DNA of 64,000 nt from Amoebophrya sp. A120 (Eukaryota; Protista; Dinoflagellata): positions 3,554,587 to 3,618,586 of the forward strand of contig CAJINV010000010.1 in assembly GCA_905178155.1 (NCBI GenBank), given 5' to 3'. A program made the position numbers and the translations under genes. Shown here piece after piece: positions 59,391 to 64,000 of this stretch. The notes beneath the pieces are model-generated. The model was not told the origin of the DNA. It ran no database searches and worked only from the letters and a program-made list of their open reading frames with translations. How positions within the stretch are numbered: position 1 is the first letter of the stretch; each line of letters begins with the position of its first letter.

Positions 59391-60360
59391 TTGCCGCAAG
59401 CGCTGGAGGTTGCAGTTGCAGGGGGTGGGTCGCTCGACAATTGGAGGGAAAAGCTGATAGCGCAGGAAGCGTACGGGGCCTCGCTTATCCGTCGAGGTGA
59501 TTTCCGTCCATGCGGTTCGGGCGAAGAAGTTACGAGCATCGGGAATTCCATCGAATTTGAGGAGATCTACTTTGACGTTCATTCAACACTGGGACCAGGG
59601 GCAGATGTTGCCGGAAGCACGCTGATGTGAGTAGCGCGGCGGAGGAAGCAAGAACGGTTGATTTTCGAATTTCTGAACAACAAGAAGTAAGATGAAGAAC
59701 GTGGATAGGTGTGCGTTTCCGAAATGTATGATAAAGCGGTAGGTGGAAAAGGAGAGGGCAGGTATAATAGGGTTTGTTCGACGCAAAAACAAGTCGTGGT
59801 TACACATTTATAGGCTGTTCAGATCATGAAGGGAGCAAGGTGCTAGTAGCCCCTCGGAGTGCATTGACTTGCATGTGCCCTTGCAACAAGGACTGGACGA
59901 AATAAATCAGGTACTATCTCCGAACTCCACCCCTCCGCCAAGAAAGAGCAGGGATTTTTTGCGCCGGTGAGTGCAGGTTGAAATGAAGTTTTCACTACGG
60001 GAACTCGTTAAAAATGTCGTAGAAGTTTCTCGTCCGATCTACACTTTTGCGATTGCAGATTCTTTGAACAAGGGTGTTTTAACAAAGACTGCCGAGGATG
60101 GCAAGAATGAATTCGATAACTCTGTAATACTGATATCGAGAATTTGGCGTTGCGACTGGTTTATCATGCGCAAAAGTATCGTGCTCGTATTCGTATAAAT
60201 TGTAACCGTGCTTGGCGTTTTTACGCGCGTATTGTTGTATCCGTACCTCGACCCGCATGACAAATTTTATTTTTCATACCAATACGAATGCGGTGCTTTT
60301 GCAATGCATATTGTACTCAAGAGAAGAAGTATTGGTTTTGCCCAGGCAGCTGGATTAAAT
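59391..60360 (+). CDS. Possible hypothetical gene or gene relic
   Basis: Coding-like ORFs at 59391-59630 and 59971-60161, the latter interrupted by a degenerate family-B element. Confidence 0.3.
60162..60310. mobile_element. Degenerate introner, family B
   Basis: tatcatgcgcaaaagtatcgtgctcgtatt ... aatacgaatgcggtgcttttgcaatgcata; flanks tggtt/ttgta. Confidence 0.65.
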
Positions 60361-60700
60361 GTAAATACTGGTTGCTCCGCACGGGGATTTATGCGATTCT
60401 GTTTTTTTACTCCGATGTTGTTGAGACGGAGGCAAAGAAAACGAACCACTTGTCCAGAAATTCTTTGAGCCGAGCTTGTAAAATTGACCTACACCAAAAA
60501 GTAGTGCTGTTGCAACAATTTTATTAATACTCGCAGTGCCTGTGCCACCCGCCGCACGAAAACGAGGAATAGCGCCCTCCTTGGGATCGTGTTCTGATAC
60601 GCTGCGCTCCAAAGCGGTCTTTGTTTCGGTGGGCGTGCAAGTCGCGTTTGGCCCCGACCAGACGGGAAACCACCTTCGAAGGACCAGAAAACGGCGGTCG

Positions 60701-63700
60701 CCCATCTGGCCCGGGCCACACGGGCCATTTTTTCGAGGAAGCGGACTTTTCCATCCATCTGGCCCGGGCCCGATGGGTGGCCACCGCTACAGGGCCAAAA
60801 AATTCTTGGGCCACCGCTGGCTATCTATCTGGCCCGGGCCAGACGGGGCTTTTTTTCGAGGAAGCGGACTTTTTCACCCATCTGGCCCGGGCCAGATGGG
60901 TGCCTACCGCTACAGGGCCAAAAAATTATTGGGCCACCGCGGGCTGCCCATCTGGCCCGGGCCAGACGGGTCATTTTTTCGAGGAAGCGGCCTTTTTCAC
61001 CCATCTGGCCCGGGCCAGATGGGTGGCCACCGCTACAGGGCCAAAAAATTCTTGGGCCACCGCTGGCTACCCATCTGGCCCGGGCCAGACGGGTCATTTT
61101 TTCGAGAAAGCGGACTTTTTCACCCATCTGGCCCGGGCCAGATGGGTGGCCACCGCTACAGGGCCAAAAAATTCTTGGGCCACCGCTGGCTACCCATCTG
61201 GCCCGGGCCAGACGGGTCATTTTTTCGAGAAAGCGGACTTTTTCACCCATCTGGCCCGGGCCAGATGGGTGGCCACCGCTACAGGGCCAAAAAATTCTTG
61301 GGCCACCGCTGGCTACCCATCTGGCCCGGGCCAGACGGGTCATTTTTTCGAGAAAGCGGACTTTTTCACCCATCTGGCCCGGGCCAGATGGGTGGCCACC
61401 GCTACAGGGCCAAAAAATTCTTGGGCCACCGCTGGCTACCCATCTGGCCCGGGCCAGACGGGTCATTTTTTCGAGAAAGCGGACTTTTTCACCCATCTGG
61501 CCCGGGCCAGATGGGTGGCCACCGCTACAGGGCCAAAAAATTCTTGGGCCACCGCTGGCTACCCATCTGGCCCGGGCCAGACGGGTCATTTTTTCGAGAA
61601 AGCGGACTTTTTCACCCATCTGGCCCGGGCCAGATGGGTGGCCACCGCTACAGGGCCAAAAAATTCTTGGGCCACCGCTGGCTACCCATCTGGCCCGGGC
61701 CAGACGGGTCATTTTTTCGAGAAAGCGGACTTTTTCACCCATCTGGCCCGGGCCAGATGGGTGGCCACCGCTACAGGGCCAAAAAATTCTTGGGCCACCG
61801 CTGGCTACCCATCTGGCCCGGGCCAGACGGGTCATTTTTTCGAGAAAGCGGACTTTTTCACCCATCTGGCCCGGGCCAGATGGGTGGCCACCGCTACAGG
61901 GCCAAAAAATTCTTGGGCCACCGCTGGCTACCCATCTGGCCCGGGCCAGACGGGTCATTTTTTCGAGAAAGCGGACTTTTTCACCCATCTGGCCCGGGCC
62001 AGATGGGTGGCCACCGCTACAGGGCCAAAAAATTCTTGGGCCACCGCTGGCTACCCATCTGGCCCGGGCCAGACGGGTCATTTTTTCGAGAAAGCGGACT
62101 TTTTCACCCATCTGGCCCGGGCCAGATGGGTGGCCACCGCTACAGGGCCAAAAAATTCTTGGGCCACCGCTGGCTACCCATCTGGCCCGGGCCAGACGGG
62201 TCATTTTTTCGAGAAAGCGGACTTTTTCACCCATCTGGCCCGGGCCAGATGGGTGGCCACCGCTACAGGGCCAAAAAATTCTTGGGCCACCGCTGGCTAC
62301 CCATCTGGCCCGGGCCAGACGGGTCATTTTTTCGAGAAAGCGGACTTTTTCACCCATCTGGCCCGGGCCAGATGGGTGGCCACCGCTACAGGGCCAAAAA
62401 ATTCTTGGGCCACCGCTGGCTACCCATCTGGCCCGGGCCAGACGGGTCATTTTTTCGAGAAAGCGGACTTTTTCACCCATCTGGCCCGGGCCAGATGGGT
62501 GGCCACCGCTACAGGGCCAAAAAATTCTTGGGCCACCGCTGGCTACCCATCTGGCCCGGGCCAGACGGGTCATTTTTTCGAGAAAGCGGACTTTTTCACC
62601 CATCTGGCCCGGGCCAGATGGGTGGCCACCGCTACAGGGCCAAAAAATTCTTGGGCCACCGCTGGCTACCCATCTGGCCCGGGCCAGACGGGTCATTTTT
62701 TCGAGAAAGCGGACTTTTTCACCCATCTGGCCCGGGCCAGATGGGTGGCCACCGCTACAGGGCCAAAAAATTCTTGGGCCACCGCTGGCTACCCATCTGG
62801 CCCGGGCCAGACGGGTCATTTTTTCGAGAAAGCGGACTTTTTCACCCATCTGGCCCGGGCCAGATGGGTGGCCACCGCTACAGGGCCAAAAAATTCTTGG
62901 GCCACCGCTGGCTACCCATCTGGCCCGGGCCAGACGGGTCATTTTTTCGAGAAAGCGGACTTTTTCACCCATCTGGCCCGGGCCAGATGGGTGGCCACCG
63001 CTACAGGGCCAAAAAATTCTTGGGCCACCGCTGGCTACCCATCTGGCCCGGGCCAGACGGGTCATTTTTTCGAGAAAGCGGACTTTTTCACCCATCTGGC
63101 CCGGGCCAGATGGGTGGCCACCGCTACAGGGCCAAAAAATTCTTGGGCCACCGCTGGCTACCCATCTGGCCCGGGCCAGACGGGTCATTTTTTCGAGAAA
63201 GCGGACTTTTTCACCCATCTGGCCCGGGCCAGATGGGTGGCCACCGCTACAGGGCCAAAAAATTCTTGGGCCACCGCTGGCTACCCATCTGGCCCGGGCC
63301 AGACGGGTCATTTTTTCGAGAAAGCGGACTTTTTCACCCATCTGGCCCGGGCCAGATGGGTGGCCACCGCTACAGGGCCAAAAAATTCTTGGGCCACCGC
63401 TGGCTACCCATCTGGCCCGGGCCAGACGGGTCATTTTTTCGAGAAAGCGGACTTTTTCACCCATCTGGCCCGGGCCAGATGGGTGGCCACCGCTACAGGG
63501 CCAAAAAATTCTTGGGCCACCGCTGGCTACCCATCTGGCCCGGGCCAGACGGGTCATTTTTTCGAGAAAGCGGACTTTTTCACCCATCTGGCCCGGGCCA
63601 GATGGGTGGCCACCGCTACAGGGCCAAAAAATTCTTGGGCCACCGCTGGCTACCCATCTGGCCCGGGCCAGACGGGTCATTTTTTCGAGAAAGCGGACTT

Positions 63701-64000
63701 TTTCACCCATCTGGCCCGGGCCAGATGGGTGGCCACCGCTACAGGGCCAAAAAATTCTTGGGCCACCGCTGGCTACCCATCTGGCCCGGGCCAGACGGGT
63801 CATTTTTTCGAGAAAGCGGACTTTTTCACCCATCTGGCCCGGGCCAGATGGGTGGCCACCGCTACAGGGCCAAAAAATTCTTGGGCCACCGCTGGCTACC
63901 CATCTGGCCCGGGCCAGACGGGTCATTTTTTCGAGAAAGCGGACTTTTTCACCCATCTGGCCCGGGCCAGATGGGTGGCCACCGCTACAGGGCCAAAAAA
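60701..64000. repeat. 123-bp tandem satellite, about 27 copies, running off the window end
   Basis: Period of 123 bp (ccaccgctac at 60781, variant at 60904, then 61027 and onward). The first roughly 3 units are variant and the rest appear identical. Confidence 0.97.

Noticed and set aside
60825-63956. 1043-aa ORF of 41-aa repeats
   Set aside because: It is a by-product of a 123-bp (multiple of 3) satellite lacking stops in one frame; the palindromic DNA structure explains the sequence better than coding.
60701-64000. CRISPR-like array of palindromic repeats
   Set aside because: The intervening sequences are identical rather than unique spacers, there are no cas genes, and the context is eukaryotic.
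1-64000. Autonomous transposase for the introners
   Set aside because: No DDE transposase-like ORF bounded by TAT...ATA TIRs is visible in this window.

Overview
Eukaryotic protist genomic DNA. The intron architecture most resembles what has been reported for the parasitic dinoflagellate Amoebophrya (Syndiniales); this is an inference, as there is no marker gene here. Genes in 1-38 kb are all on the minus strand: an enoyl-CoA hydratase/isomerase, an Lsm14-domain protein, hypothetical proteins, an AEP primase-polymerase/RNase H-like fusion and a PPP phosphatase. After 47 kb they are on the plus strand, mainly a multi-BRCT TopBP1-like gene. The dominant feature is about 40 MITE-like 'introner' introns of about 145-320 bp. 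They fall into several terminal-inverted-repeat (TIR) families, almost all run TAT...ATA, and are flanked by 5-bp target-site duplications (TSDs). They lack GT-AG ends, yet removing the element plus one 5-bp copy restores the reading frame in every well-preserved case I translated by hand. Members of the same family sit in both orientations within one gene. All families, and some older introns, share an internal GCAT(G/C/T)A(C/G)AAA motif. Other structure: two ORF-bearing blocks bracketed by 47/35-bp direct repeats (14.4-17.7 kb), a GC-rich strand-switch region holding an A...BA...B split-direct-repeat element (42.1-46.4 kb) and minisatellites, and a homogeneous palindromic 123-bp satellite from 60.7 kb to the window end. 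Gene boundaries are hand-assembled and approximate, and no database searches were run.
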